A program made the translations under genes and the position numbers. Under the pieces are notes generated by a model. The model did no database searches. It was not told the DNA's origin and worked only from the letters and a program-made list of their open reading frames with translations. From assembly GCA_002633005.1 (NCBI GenBank), contig NMRA01000097.1, positions 161,445-225,444 on the forward strand: DNA of 64,000 nt. The letters run 5' to 3'. The stretch comes from Phoronis australis (lineage: Eukaryota > Animalia > Phoronida). This document shows positions 62,840 to 64,000 of this stretch, one piece after another; within the stretch, counting starts at the first letter, position 1, and each line of letters starts with the position of its first letter.

Positions 62840-64000
62840 GAATCTGGCTTGTTTGAAACTGTGTGTAATTTATCTGATGATTTTTCGGTATATGAACCTC
62901 ACCCTCCTTGGGCCTGTGCAAAAAATTTGCATCTCTAAATTTCAACCCTTTTTGCAACAAGGATTATAATTACTAACATTTTGCCCATTTTCCTTCTTTT
63001 CACGCGGCGTACCATAAGATTCAACGTCCACTTGTGGTGGCCACTTTTGATGAAAAATGAAGGTCGTCATGTAACTGGAAGAGATGGATTATTTTGAAAT
63101 ATCATCTTTACAGGTTTGTAATCTAAAATATTTTGCACAAGAGACACCAAATAAAAATATAACCTAATGCATCACAGTTTTACAAAAGGTACCTACACAA
63201 CAACTTGTGGTCACAGCCCAATTCTATCATGCAAAAATTCATAAGGTGGTTGTTAATCTAATTTATTCCTTATCAAATTTAAGAAGTATCACATAGTAAA
63301 GTAAAAAAATATTACCGTGCTGATCAAGTAATTCTGGATATTGATTCATTGATATCTTAACACAGTGTGATAAGAACTTCTTCACTTGATATATGATTTT
63401 TACAAAAGGAAAACGACAAGTAACTACTTTCTCAAAACTTTTATTGGTGATATTTGTCTGATTTTCTATTATTCTAGACGCATTTCTGGAAAATGTGCAT
63501 GTTAGAGGCATTTTTTAGTAAAAGTGGGGAATCTATCTTTTTAGCATAATTATGGTGTGCTGATTTCAATTATGCCTGTTCCCAAGCTGGATTTTGAGTT
63601 TTTGACCATCTAATTTGCATAAACAAAATGGCCGCCAAACCAATAAGATAAGAAACATTCATAAGACCAGGAGTAAGATATGTGACGAACAATTAGGAAA
63701 TTTTTGCTACAAAAACATAGTATAAGTTTTTTTAGATCACTTAAATCTAAGAGCATATTAATGAACGTCATTAAATTCCCCAATTATGATAATTAGCTTC
63801 CGCCATTACCAAAATATTCAAATTTCGTTGTAACTTTATCAATTTGCAGGCAAACATGACAAATAAGGTGTCTATACCTATGTTTTGAAGGTCTAGAAAA
63901 ATCATTATGACACATGTGAAGCTTTTTATTTCATCTTCACTAAGTTACAAATGCTCATTAATAAAGTCTGAGAATTAAATTAGAAATCATAATTATCAAT
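62840..64000. repeat. Probable non-autonomous interspersed repeat
   Basis: Recurrent atttgcat, ataattatg and aaaatggccgcc motifs with no coding signal; family not determined. Confidence 0.3.

Overview
Intron-rich, AT-rich animal (invertebrate-type) genomic DNA containing two convergent multi-exon genes, both missing their 5' ends in what I can resolve. (1) Plus strand, 4740-29819: at least 13 divergent Ig-like domains, each in its own phase-1/phase-1 exon, then a TSP1 exon, then one large exon encoding a transmembrane helix and a ~490 aa cytoplasmic tail. The tail contains a segment that closely follows the motif pattern of the dynein heavy-chain microtubule-binding domain (MTBD). The reconstructed partial CDS is about 2100 codons. 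(2) Minus strand, 59737-36018: a probable extracellular protein with a Cys-rich exon, CTHRC1 C-terminal-like domain 1, a fibronectin type II domain, and CTHRC1-like domains 2 and 3, with no collagen helix visible (about 549 codons). Introns and intergenic DNA hold decayed transposon pieces (several THAP domains, a Harbinger/ISL2EU-like transposase, SWIM/YqaJ-like, DIRS-like, hAT-like and LINE-like fragments), two copies of a long-hairpin element, small TIR elements and minisatellites. A 751-bp duplication across an N is probably an assembly artefact. All family calls are by-eye motif recognition, not database searches.
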